Shown piece after piece: positions 46,169-56,031 of a stretch of 64,000 bases of DNA. Below the pieces are notes generated by a model, which saw nothing but the letters and a program-made list of their open reading frames with translations, did not search any database and was not told where the DNA came from. Every line of letters starts with the position of its first letter. Positions within the stretch are counted from its first letter, which is position 1. The DNA is from Schizochytrium sp. TIO01 (Eukaryota > Protista > Bigyra: Labyrinthulomycetes): contig SMSO01000031.1 of assembly GCA_004764695.1 (NCBI GenBank), positions 6,740,761-6,804,760 on the forward strand, given 5' to 3'. The translations under genes were made by a program, and so were the position numbers.

Positions 46169-47622
46169 GCTACTTCCCCTTTGGATTCAGCTTAAGCGTC
46201 AGCTTATCCAAATCTCCAGTGAGTTCTGCAGAATTTGCCCTCAATGGTTGAACAGCTTTACAATACCAATTGTAGCAAATCAAAATGGGTTCCGACGCGT
46301 TTTCGAGTTTTTGATTCCCTGCGTTGCTACTTCGTCCCAGATAATCCACCAAGATCCAGTCCGTAGCTCCTGCTGGCCCACGACCTTTATCTCGCCTTAA
46401 TTATTTGCGGGATTCTCAAACAAATCAGTTCTTCACTACAAAGCAAAAGTACAACTAGAAGAAGCAGACTGGGCAGGCAAGCAGGATTTCTTTGCTTTGA
46501 CCGCCCCCGTGTCACACAGTATTTCCAGCCGTCCCGTTCAAGGGGCCGTAGGCCGTCGGGAAGAAATTGCTGCTTCTTTTAGGAGGGATTTTGCAGTCTC
46601 CCAACCTCCAGTGCCGCGGCTCGCACCGCTTTCGTCGCGCCACGCGACCTGCGGCGGAGTTGCCGATTTGCTTTGCCGCCCTCGTGCTAAAACTCTATAA
46701 CCTCTTTGTGCATCGCTATAACTCACTTATAACTTCTATAACTCTGTTCTAATCCTTTTAAACCTCTTTACACCTGACGCTATACTTCACTTGTGCCGCG
46801 CCCCCAATAGCCCACAGTATCCGCTATACTCTATTTGCAGCAAGTCTATAACTCACTTTATTGCAACGTTAAAACTCACTTGCGGATTAGATATAACTCA
46901 CTTGCCGAAATCTTATGAATTGCCTGTCGTTTGTGCCGCGGGAGACCCCTTTCGGGCGCGTCTTGAAGCAGCGAGCGAGCAAGGCCGCGAGCGAGAGGCC
47001 AGGAGACGCAGAGCCACACTGCTGTTCAGGAGAGAGACCTCAGCCGGAGTCAGTTCCTCAGTTGAGGACCTTCGTATCACCACCCTTCTTGGGACATTCG
47101 GGTGCGCACTGCGGCAAGATCTCCAGCCGGTTGCTGCTCGCTCGGTCCGCCGAGCTCCTTGGTCGAAGCGAAGAGCAGCGGAGCCTGCAACGTGGTGGGA
47201 TGAAGGGAGCTTGGAAGCAAACTTTCGCCAAGACTCTTGCCCAGAGTTTGGCGCCAACAGAAGGTGCCTCAAGCAACAGCATCGCGCATGCTCTAAACTC
47301 GCAAGCGCTTCAAAAGAGAGAGTCCTTAAACAAAAGGGACACTAAACATTTGTCCTGGTCAGGGGTGATCATGATTGAATTTGTAGTAAACTGAGCGGCG
47401 CAAAATCAAAGATCGCTTCATTGAGAAGGATTGAAAAGATTTTTAAAAATCTGTTTTGGGCCTTTCGAGGTTTTCTTCGTTTCATGGGATTCGCGCTTTA
47501 GGGAAAGTGGCAGAACCGCAGCCCTGGGTTGAGGCCTCGGCGGCAGATAGTCAGGGGTGGGCGGCGCTGGGCTGGAAAGGTCTTGAGACTCTCCAAGAGT
47601 TGATTGAGCTCGCTCACACCCG

Positions 47623-50600
47623 ATGCGGGCAAGCGCAGCCGCGCTGAGAGGGAAATGGCGCCAAGGCGAAAGCAGCACTTCGACGAGCAATAGCAATCTC
47701 AGTGACAACTCGCAAAACCCCATAACCAATCTGCGGGATGGTTTGAAGGAAGAGGACATAGGGCAAAGTTCTCGTAAACGACAGCAACGAAATGAAGACG
47801 AGGGAATAAAGGGAGTCTCGAAAAAGATTGCAAAGGCTGCGGTTTTCCACAGCGCGAACTGTCTCGAAGACCAAGGACTGTCAAAAAGCGTAGGGAAGCT
47901 TGAACGAGAGTTTCTGAGTAAAACAGGAGCCGCAACACCCACGCGAAGACAGCGGAAATCGCTTGACCAGCTTCGCAACGTGGCTATTGAGCAGGTAGCT
48001 GCATGCTTTCATGAGGAGCATTCCTGGTGTGCATCTCTTACTCAAGACGGAATTATTTCGGTCTGGGACTACGATCTATACCGATGTTTATACCGCGTAC
48101 AATGCCCCAAACTCAGTAACATTCTACCTTCTGAGCACGGAAGCTCCCTTACAGCATCTGCGGGAGGCCATTTGCCCATGTATAAGCAGCAACAAAGCAC
48201 TAGTAACAAAGCCCTTAATTTATTTTTCCATGGAGAAGGCCGTTTAATAGTAGTCTTTGAGACAAGCCTCGTGATCTACAATTACAGTAGCGGCTCTATT
48301 CGTCAGCAGACAATATTCACAACAGTTCAGCGTAAAGCTTCACAGATTCCCAGTTCTGGAGGTCAATTTAACAACGCTGGTGTTACCCAGCGGACAAATC
48401 AGCAGCAGTTTCCTTCATCTTCAGCCACCTCCAGCTCAGAAGCGAACACTTTTCCATCTTTCGGTGCGCCTCCATCTTCATATTCGCCAGCAGGATCTTC
48501 ATCATGGACAGCGCCGCAATATGTCGAACTTCGAGCAACAGGCCCAGCTGGTTCACTTGGTGAGCAGATGGTTGTCTTTGGATGTTCAGATGGTGGCGTA
48601 CGACTTTGGAATCTTACAGGAGAGAAGATTGTTGCCCAGCTCCCAATCCGCCACCGTGCTGGTGTCAAAGCATTAGCAGTCCTGCCGGTAGCTTCCTCGC
48701 TGAATGGTAATCGAGGCCACGCATACAGTCATTTCAACCTTTTAAGTGGATCTGCTGATGGGTCCATCGTCTTATGGAGAGTTCATTTATGCAGAACGGG
48801 GGTTCGAAAACCGGGTTGTGTCGACTTATTGGACCGCTCGGGATGGCTAGATCTCGAAGGAAGCGGGCGTCTAACGTTATCCGCGCGTGATGATATTGTG
48901 CATCCAGGTGGGGTCATTGCTTTTTCGCAGCACAAAGAGGATTATTTAATATCTTCGTTTGGTCGGGATGGGGCTATAGTTCTCTGGAATCTCAGGGAAA
49001 CTCCATTTGCAAGCACTGCCGCAACTGCGCTGCGACGTTGGACGACTGCAACCAACCTTGATATCGACGTAGCGCACTTTGTTTTTGCTAGAATGCCGAC
49101 ATCTAGTTTACCTAGTGGTGCTTTGATAGGGTCTCCATTTCGGGATGGTAGACTCTTTGGGTTTGCTGATGCTGCAGATGTATTGGACATTATGCAAGGT
49201 GTCCTTAAGCCTCAACTTTACTCAAATAGTGATCTCGGGCCCTCGGCTTTAGGCACTCGTGAACTCCTTCAATTGCAAGAGGTAGGATCATTGTGGCAAG
49301 GACTATACCTGTTTTCTGACCGTAAAGGTCGAAATAGTGTGCCTCGTTTGAGAAAACTGTTTCAACATCCTCATAAACCAAATATACTTTGCGCTGTGTC
49401 AGACCACGGTGTGCATGTTGTAAGGTGTACATTAGAACCACTTTTGAGGTTGTGCACGGCAATTCCTAAATGCGGCCGAGTGGCACTGTTTTTTGAGAAT
49501 CAGCTTCTCAGGGTGAAAAAGTTGTCAAGTGCATCAGGAAAAGAACAGGGTGAAACATCTAGATCTGGCGTATCGCAAAGTTTTCAAGAGGAGGTTGATC
49601 AAACGTTCAAGCCAAAAGCAATAATGCCATTTTTATTCGATGAGCACGAGATTCATGCCACACCTTTACTTAATGAAGAAAGTTCACAAGAAATGGATGA
49701 TAGAAATGATGTTAAAGGAAAGTGGCCTGGAGCTCCAGATATCACTGCTTTCGCGCGAGTGGGTGGATGCTTGCTAGCGATAGTATGGCCGCATATAAGC
49801 AGGTATATGGTGCTATCACTAACAAACTGTGAACAAGGAAAGTGCTTCTCTGACTGGAATATTAAGATTGTAGATCGGGGTTGGGGGCATTGCATTGCAT
49901 GGAGTTGGACGCCACGCGAAATTATTATTTCTAGAAAGGAAAACTCTCCACCAGGTATTTCTGATCCAAGAATAGCGACTCTAGTCGTTGGAACCAAAAC
50001 AAGATATCGTACTGTTCTTGTGAGCGGACCGGACGAAATACAAGCCTTTAAGAAAAAACTATCATTTCGAGCGAGGAAGCGCATGACTTCCTTCGTAATG
50101 TCGGGATCTGCAAGCCTGAGACGGGGGTCGGCAGGGTCTGCCGAATCCACTTCAGAAGATGCAGGAGCTCTGGCTTCAAGTACATCGGGCTTAGCAGCGA
50201 ACTCAAGTGGCCGTATTGGAAGATCAAGCTCTAATATTTCAGTTGCGGGAGGAGGTCTGGATTTGACTACAGGCAACATATCTTTGAGTCAATCAAGTCA
50301 ACAACAAAAACAAAAAAGTCTCAAGATACCTGTTGAACCACCAAGATTATGTTTCAGCAAGTTTGTCCTAGACGACGATGACGTGAGCATCGATGGGCGC
50401 CAAATAACAATACTCAGCTGCGATCCAGTTGCACTACATGGTGGTGGACCTCTCCTTCTAGTAAGCTATGGCAGTACGTCAGCTCTTACCACCATCTCCG
50501 ACGCATCCCAAAATCCAGCTTTAGTCGAAGAACCTGTAACAGCTGGAAGTGATGCGGATGACTCGGACTCGTTCACTGTAAACTCTGCCGATTCAGATTC

Positions 50601-52914
50601 GATGTCCAAAACTAGTTTACAATCTCTAAATACTATTGCCGAGAGAGATACGATGGCTTTCAAAAGTCGTTTTTACTACTGGACAACGTTACCTGCCCCT
50701 GTGTCAGATCATGACGCTGCTGCTTTGGAGATAGGGGGGAAAGCAGCTGAAATTGATATTGTAAAGCTGAGATCGTGCGGAGATCCTTTGGTATCCCCAG
50801 TGCTTGTGCAATGGTCGTGTATGGGTTCGGCCGTTCCTTTTTTGCTAGCTCCTGGAGAGTCGTCACTGACTTGCGCACTGGCGTATGAAAATCGTGTCGA
50901 GATGCTCACTTTAACAACACTTACAGGTGTGCAGACAACTCGTGCAGGTTTCCGTTGGCAAGGAACAGTGTCGGCTCCCCGTGAGGTGCTACAAATTCAG
51001 TGGTACAACCGCACACTTTTGTTAAAAACTGAGGATGAGCTTCGCGCTGTGTTCTGGGGTATGCGAATCCCCGAAGATCCAATCCCACTTGCCAAACTGC
51101 GACAAACACTGGAGAAATTTCGCGAAAAGGCTGTGTTGCAGAAGGACCCTAGGAGTGTTACCAGCTCTGTAGCACACTTGGCACGTCTCCGGCGTTCCCA
51201 GCAGAACAATCAGTCTTGTGTACCAGCATATACGTCGACGCCTCGTCTGAACTTAGGCTCTCAGAGTCATCTGAGCCTGAATTACCAGCAAAAGGAGTCG
51301 ATCAACTCAACAAATCTCGAAGGTAGTAAAACCAATGAGTTGAATCGCTGCACATCTTCCAGACCTAGCTTTCAGTCCTTTTCACCACATTTAAAGAAAA
51401 GCACCTCCGATCTGCAGCACAATCAACACAAACCGATAGAGGAACGTAAAATCTTCGCAAATGGTGAAAATCCCGCTCCTCGCACTTGTACCCCAACATT
51501 AGGTAGTTCTCCACCATCGACACTGTGGATCGCTTCGCTCGCACCACACTCTCGATGCGCGCCTCGCGATGTCCCTTCATTCTTCCTCTGTAACTCTCCG
51601 CAATCCTCCCAATTTTGCTCACTCTACTCCCACAAACCAATCTTTGCCCTTGGTTGTTCCCTCGTTTATTCGTCCTCTCGAGCATCATACTCATTGCCAC
51701 ATCGCGAGTTGCGTGGGACCTCGCAATCATCTCATCTGGCGCCACTCGCAATCTTTGGGCTCCTCGTTTGTGCAGGCCTTGAGAATGTTGCGCTTTCTAT
51801 GGTGTCGAATTCGCTGTTGCCTCATGACCACGATGCCGCATCAATTCTACTTGAGGCCAGTGGCTTTCTTTCTTCGGCAGCATCCTCAGAACTCCTTCAC
51901 GGTCTCTCGCTGGAGCGGCAGCTGGAGGTCTGTCTTACGCATACTCTTGTGAGTTCTGCATGCAGCATTGTAGAGAATCCCAACCGTCTTGCCAAGCTTC
52001 TCCAACTCGCTACTGCAACAGATTCCGTACATACAAGTGCCTCAATCGATCGTTGTCGCGACCTCGGGGTTATACGCCCTGTCCAACCTCCGTTGCCTCC
52101 AGAGGACCTCGATCTTCAGCATTGGCGGCATCATCTTCAATTCCAACTCCTTCCAGGCTCTGCTTCACATGAATCCTTTCCCAAACCCCCGAGCTTAAAG
52201 GGGCATAAAATCCATGTAGGGACTCCTGATCTCACTCCGCCAGAAGTCTCCGAGCGCTCTTGCGTTCCACGTACAGAGCACTCCTCGCCAGAAGGTGTCT
52301 GCAGTTCTTCGAATGGAGTTATCGTCAGCTCTTCAGAGAGAGGAACTCCAAAATCCAACGAAACTCAAAATTCCAACGAAATTCAGGGCTCCAGTATGGA
52401 TGACAACAACAACAATAACAATAAATATGATGAAGAAGGAGGAGACGGCCAAGAAAAGGGCTCTTCAGGTCATGGTCAAAAAGAAAGCCAAGACCAGAAC
52501 CTCTACGACGAAGACAGCGGCGAGGACGGCCTTAGGTCAGAAACAAGCTGCTTGCACGACTCTAGCAGAAGCGAAGCCTTGAAAGAGGGACCTCGAGACG
52601 AGGAAGCTGCAAAGATTAAACAGAAGGAGGAATTACCATCGCCACTATTTCCGTCGTGGGCGTTGCCGGCAATAAAGGACCTAGCAGGAGAGCAGCGACA
52701 GGAGAGGGTGCTAGCATCGGCGCTGGCTCTTACTGAGCTGCGAAGACTGGCGGTACTGCTGGCGGCGGCTAGTCCCACTGGCGTACTCCACGAGACAGAA
52801 CCAGAAGAAGCTGCGCGAGCGGAAGCGGCTTTGGAGCGGTTGGCACAAGCCTGTGCCTTTGCAGGGCGTGATCAGGACGTGGCATTCCTGCTCGCATTGC
52901 GCACAGCACAGTGA
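47623..52914 (+). CDS. WD40 protein, TSET/TPLATE complex TTRAY subunit (TWD40-2/tstF-like), 1763 aa
   Basis: Collinear motifs recalled from TWD40-2: FH..H.W...ISVWDY, VFGCSDG.VRLW, LLSGSADG.IVLW, HP..P..L, LAIVWP, IVD.G....IAW, LHGG.LL.V.Y, CALAY, W..R.L. Start codon uncertain. Confidence 0.8.
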   Translation: MRASAAALRGKWRQGESSTSTSNSNLSDNSQNPITNLRDGLKEEDIGQSSRKRQQRNEDEGIKGVSKKIAKAAVFHSANCLEDQGLSKSVGKLEREFLSKTGAATPTRRQRKSLDQLRNVAIEQVAACFHEEHSWCASLTQDGIISVWDYDLYRCLYRVQCPKLSNILPSEHGSSLTASAGGHLPMYKQQQSTSNKALNLFFHGEGRLIVVFETSLVIYNYSSGSIRQQTIFTTVQRKASQIPSSGGQFNNAGVTQRTNQQQFPSSSATSSSEANTFPSFGAPPSSYSPAGSSSWTAPQYVELRATGPAGSLGEQMVVFGCSDGGVRLWNLTGEKIVAQLPIRHRAGVKALAVLPVASSLNGNRGHAYSHFNLLSGSADGSIVLWRVHLCRTGVRKPGCVDLLDRSGWLDLEGSGRLTLSARDDIVHPGGVIAFSQHKEDYLISSFGRDGAIVLWNLRETPFASTAATALRRWTTATNLDIDVAHFVFARMPTSSLPSGALIGSPFRDGRLFGFADAADVLDIMQGVLKPQLYSNSDLGPSALGTRELLQLQEVGSLWQGLYLFSDRKGRNSVPRLRKLFQHPHKPNILCAVSDHGVHVVRCTLEPLLRLCTAIPKCGRVALFFENQLLRVKKLSSASGKEQGETSRSGVSQSFQEEVDQTFKPKAIMPFLFDEHEIHATPLLNEESSQEMDDRNDVKGKWPGAPDITAFARVGGCLLAIVWPHISRYMVLSLTNCEQGKCFSDWNIKIVDRGWGHCIAWSWTPREIIISRKENSPPGISDPRIATLVVGTKTRYRTVLVSGPDEIQAFKKKLSFRARKRMTSFVMSGSASLRRGSAGSAESTSEDAGALASSTSGLAANSSGRIGRSSSNISVAGGGLDLTTGNISLSQSSQQQKQKSLKIPVEPPRLCFSKFVLDDDDVSIDGRQITILSCDPVALHGGGPLLLVSYGSTSALTTISDASQNPALVEEPVTAGSDADDSDSFTVNSADSDSMSKTSLQSLNTIAERDTMAFKSRFYYWTTLPAPVSDHDAAALEIGGKAAEIDIVKLRSCGDPLVSPVLVQWSCMGSAVPFLLAPGESSLTCALAYENRVEMLTLTTLTGVQTTRAGFRWQGTVSAPREVLQIQWYNRTLLLKTEDELRAVFWGMRIPEDPIPLAKLRQTLEKFREKAVLQKDPRSVTSSVAHLARLRRSQQNNQSCVPAYTSTPRLNLGSQSHLSLNYQQKESINSTNLEGSKTNELNRCTSSRPSFQSFSPHLKKSTSDLQHNQHKPIEERKIFANGENPAPRTCTPTLGSSPPSTLWIASLAPHSRCAPRDVPSFFLCNSPQSSQFCSLYSHKPIFALGCSLVYSSSRASYSLPHRELRGTSQSSHLAPLAIFGLLVCAGLENVALSMVSNSLLPHDHDAASILLEASGFLSSAASSELLHGLSLERQLEVCLTHTLVSSACSIVENPNRLAKLLQLATATDSVHTSASIDRCRDLGVIRPVQPPLPPEDLDLQHWRHHLQFQLLPGSASHESFPKPPSLKGHKIHVGTPDLTPPEVSERSCVPRTEHSSPEGVCSSSNGVIVSSSERGTPKSNETQNSNEIQGSSMDDNNNNNNKYDEEGGDGQEKGSSGHGQKESQDQNLYDEDSGEDGLRSETSCLHDSSRSEALKEGPRDEEAAKIKQKEELPSPLFPSWALPAIKDLAGEQRQERVLASALALTELRRLAVLLAAASPTGVLHETEPEEAARAEAALERLAQACAFAGRDQDVAFLLALRTAQ

Positions 52915-53114
52915 CAAGCAACAGCCAAAAGGTTTGCTGGGTGTTCGAAGAGGGTTTTCTGCCAAGGAAGAGCGGAAGTTAAGGTTCTCAAACAAGTCCT
53001 GCAACAGGCTGTCCAAAGGTTTGATCAAAGGCAATCAAACATACAGGCTTTCGAGTGAATTATAACCCAGTCTCTACCCACAATGAAACCATTGATGTAC
53101 ATCTTCAAGTTTTC

Positions 53115-54092
53115 ATGGCCGTGACGATGCTGGCGTTAATTGCTGGCCCGTCGGCCGTATCGGGCCAGATGTCGCGTGTGAGTAAGCCGTTCTTTGTGGC
53201 AAAGGATGAGGATGCGCACACTGTTGTAAAATTGAAAACCAAGGCTCAGCGCGAGTTTTCATGCCAGCTTTCGCATGGCACTGGCAGCGGTGAAGAAGCT
53301 ACAGATGAGAACGCTGGCTCTGGTGGTCTAGGTGGCCTAGGGTCAAGCCCTGAGCAGCAGGTATTTCAGGCGGTGCATAGCGATGTAGAAACCCGTCTTG
53401 CAACGTTAGATGGAATTTGTATTCGGAAGACAGGCACAAATGCAGAGTACTGGACGTATGAACTGTGCTTTCGAGCTAAGGTGACTCAATCGCATGGTCG
53501 TAACGCCTTCCTCCTGGGCACCTATGTTGGCATGGATGGGTTGCACCAATTGTACGACGAGGGTACTCGATGTGAGGCCCTTGCTGGCAATGTAGGGCGC
53601 GAATCCAGAGTTGAGCTTGTATGCGACAAGGCTTTCCGACTGCTGAGTGTGACGGAGGTGTCTACCTGCTCTTACATGATCTATGTATCTACCCCCATCG
53701 TTTGTGGTCATCCCCAGTACAAACAAAGCCTCAAGAGCGTGCCAGGTATGGCATCTGCATCTAATGCAGGACCGCCTCGTGATGAATGGGTTTTGGAGAT
53801 CGCTGAACTTGCAGACGGCCAGGTTGTTTGCTCAGCAGCGGCGCTTGACCCCTCCAGCAGGCTCAGGTTTAAGAATTTTGAACTTAGCCTTTATGTGAGT
53901 ACACCGTCAGTGGAGCTTAAAACGGCAGGCGAGCTTGCCAGAACCTATGCGAGACAGTCCCTTATCAAAAGTGAAGGTCATTACGAGGTTCGTCGCGTGG
54001 AGGATAATACCAAAATATCCATGGTTTCTGGAAAATCCTTCCAAGGAGGCCTCACTTTTGCGCTCGTCCAGGCAGCAGCAGAGGTTCTCTAA
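53115..54092 (+). CDS. MRH-domain ER lectin (OS-9/ERLEC1/glucosidase II beta-like)
   Basis: YWTYELC...VTQ.H, LG.Y, QLYDEGTRC, RESRVELVC, VTEVSTCSY.I.VSTP..C; the MRH Q/R/E/Y sugar-binding residues appear present; short hydrophobic N-terminus from ATG 53115. Confidence 0.85.
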   Translation: MAVTMLALIAGPSAVSGQMSRVSKPFFVAKDEDAHTVVKLKTKAQREFSCQLSHGTGSGEEATDENAGSGGLGGLGSSPEQQVFQAVHSDVETRLATLDGICIRKTGTNAEYWTYELCFRAKVTQSHGRNAFLLGTYVGMDGLHQLYDEGTRCEALAGNVGRESRVELVCDKAFRLLSVTEVSTCSYMIYVSTPIVCGHPQYKQSLKSVPGMASASNAGPPRDEWVLEIAELADGQVVCSAAALDPSSRLRFKNFELSLYVSTPSVELKTAGELARTYARQSLIKSEGHYEVRRVEDNTKISMVSGKSFQGGLTFALVQAAAEVL

Positions 54093-54657
54093 ATTGTAGA
54101 CGAGAAACCAAGGTTTGCATGCTTACGACACGACACAGCCCAAGCCATGCCATTTGGATCTTTGATCCCTTATAAGCAGACCTGCTACTGCACTATTTCG
54201 CTCTTATTCGCGGTATCTACACTCTGACCTATTTCTGTGTACCATTCGATAATTCATGAATCTAACTCGCTCTGTATGTTACGAATAAGCAATAGTACCG
54301 CGAATAAACACTACTTGCATACGACCCGCTTCGTTCCTAAAAATATAATCTCTGTGTACCATTTCTTTGCTTTCAACTAGAACCTCTTTCCTGGTCTGTT
54401 TGTTTATCTCTCAAAGTTAGGCAAAACTACACATTCCCACCCGCATTACAGATGTCACTTTCTCTAAGACTATTGATAGAAGAATGACCAGCGTTGAATG
54501 CAGGCAAATGTTTAAATTTCTGTTTAAATTAAGAAAAAAGGGATAAGAAGCGGTATTGAAGATATCAAAAAAATGTGGAATCTAAGTGAGACAAATTTAA
54601 ACACTAGGCTACATATCCAGATACTGTTTGATTCGATCATGTTTGAAATAATTCACT

Positions 54658-56031
54658 TCATTTTTTCTTTGGAAGGACAACGTTGAGTTTGACTGTTTCA
54701 AGACGTTCGCTAGGCCGCAGGCCATTAGTAACATCCTCAATACGGACAGCAATGGTTGCTCCAGGAATGAACACGCTATCTTCTATTGGAACATGGTCAG
54801 CAGGGTCAATCAGACCTTTGCCTTCTTCGATCCGGATGTGTGCCAAAGTTCTTATAGTTTGAGGGGGCTCACCTTTGTCACCTTCACCCTTCTCGTCCGA
54901 GTTTAGGTCTCCTTCAGCAGGAGTTTCAATGTCCATAAGAATCGCAAGCATTCGCCCTGACTCCTCATGCACCAATGCCTTAGAAACATTAAAGCCTGTG
55001 ATGATAGCGGGCTTTGCTGTGAGAATACCAATGCACAGAAGCTCATTCCAGGGCTGACCAGCAAATGCAGTCACGACAATTGGCTCAGGTTCTGCTGCCT
55101 CTTCATCACCGGGAGGTTCCTCACTCTCTTCATCTGCAATATCTTCACCTTGAGGTGGGTCTTCAGGCTCGGGAAGCTTACTATAAATTCGGGCAGGGAT
55201 CTTCAAAGGAGAATCATCTTTCCAGTCGCCAGAATAGCGAATTAGGGAGACGCCATCTGTGAAGATCCCTTTTCCATGGCGCATTCCGCGAGCCCACTCG
55301 CCCGTGTAGGTATCTCCGTTAGCCCATGCGGCTTCTCCTTTGCCATGAAATTTACCAGCAGCAAATTCTCCATCATACGTGTCACCGTTTGTGCACTCAA
55401 AAGTGCCGCTGCCGTGTTGCAGGTTATTGAAAAATTCGCCCAAGTAAACATCTCCGTTGGGTAGAGTTAGTGTGCCCGTGCCATGCCGACGATTTGCCTG
55501 GAACATCCCCTCATATTTTGATCCATCTGCTTCAAGCATCACTCCTTCGCCGCACTTCTCCCCCAATACCCACTCTCCATTATAGCTTGACCCATCAGGG
55601 TAGTGGCGAATACCACTACCCGTAATTTCTCCCTCTAGAAATTGGCCTTCGTAGAAATTCGTGCCAGAGCTGCCAAAGAACAGAGTACCTTGGCCTTGCA
55701 TAATGCCATTTTCCCAGTCGCCCGTGTATCTAAAAAAATGGTTTGCAAAAACAAGGGTTCCCTTGCCATGGCGAATGCCATTCGGAAGGAGTTCTCCGGT
55801 GTAATACTCCTGGCCAGGTTGAAGAACCGAATCGTCTAGTCCCGCATTGTCGTCATCTACCAGCAGATGCTGTTCTCGTTCGCGCCTTGCTGCTTCTGCT
55901 TGAGCAGCAATACGTTCTTTGTCCTCAAGACGCAACCTCGCTACCTCCTCCAAGAGCTCAAGGTCTACCTCATCAAGCTCCTGCACTGGAGGCTGCAACG
56001 GTGAGTCTGCCGATTCAGGACCGCCTGCCAT
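54658..56031 (-). CDS. MORN repeat protein, metazoan MORN1-like (457 aa)
   Basis: About 8-9 YxGxW/FxxGxxHGxG repeats; N.FFRY.G.W, GEITG.G and ESGR.L.I segments resemble human MORN1 (from memory). Confidence 0.9.
   Translation of the reverse strand: MAGGPESADSPLQPPVQELDEVDLELLEEVARLRLEDKERIAAQAEAARREREQHLLVDDDNAGLDDSVLQPGQEYYTGELLPNGIRHGKGTLVFANHFFRYTGDWENGIMQGQGTLFFGSSGTNFYEGQFLEGEITGSGIRHYPDGSSYNGEWVLGEKCGEGVMLEADGSKYEGMFQANRRHGTGTLTLPNGDVYLGEFFNNLQHGSGTFECTNGDTYDGEFAAGKFHGKGEAAWANGDTYTGEWARGMRHGKGIFTDGVSLIRYSGDWKDDSPLKIPARIYSKLPEPEDPPQGEDIADEESEEPPGDEEAAEPEPIVVTAFAGQPWNELLCIGILTAKPAIITGFNVSKALVHEESGRMLAILMDIETPAEGDLNSDEKGEGDKGEPPQTIRTLAHIRIEEGKGLIDPADHVPIEDSVFIPGATIAVRIEDVTNGLRPSERLETVKLNVVLPKKK

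Noticed and set aside
46791-47394. Overlapping 119-184 aa ORFs in the divergent promoter
   Set aside because: GC-rich sequence is open in several frames with no domain; more likely the 5' UTR or promoter of the WD40 gene.
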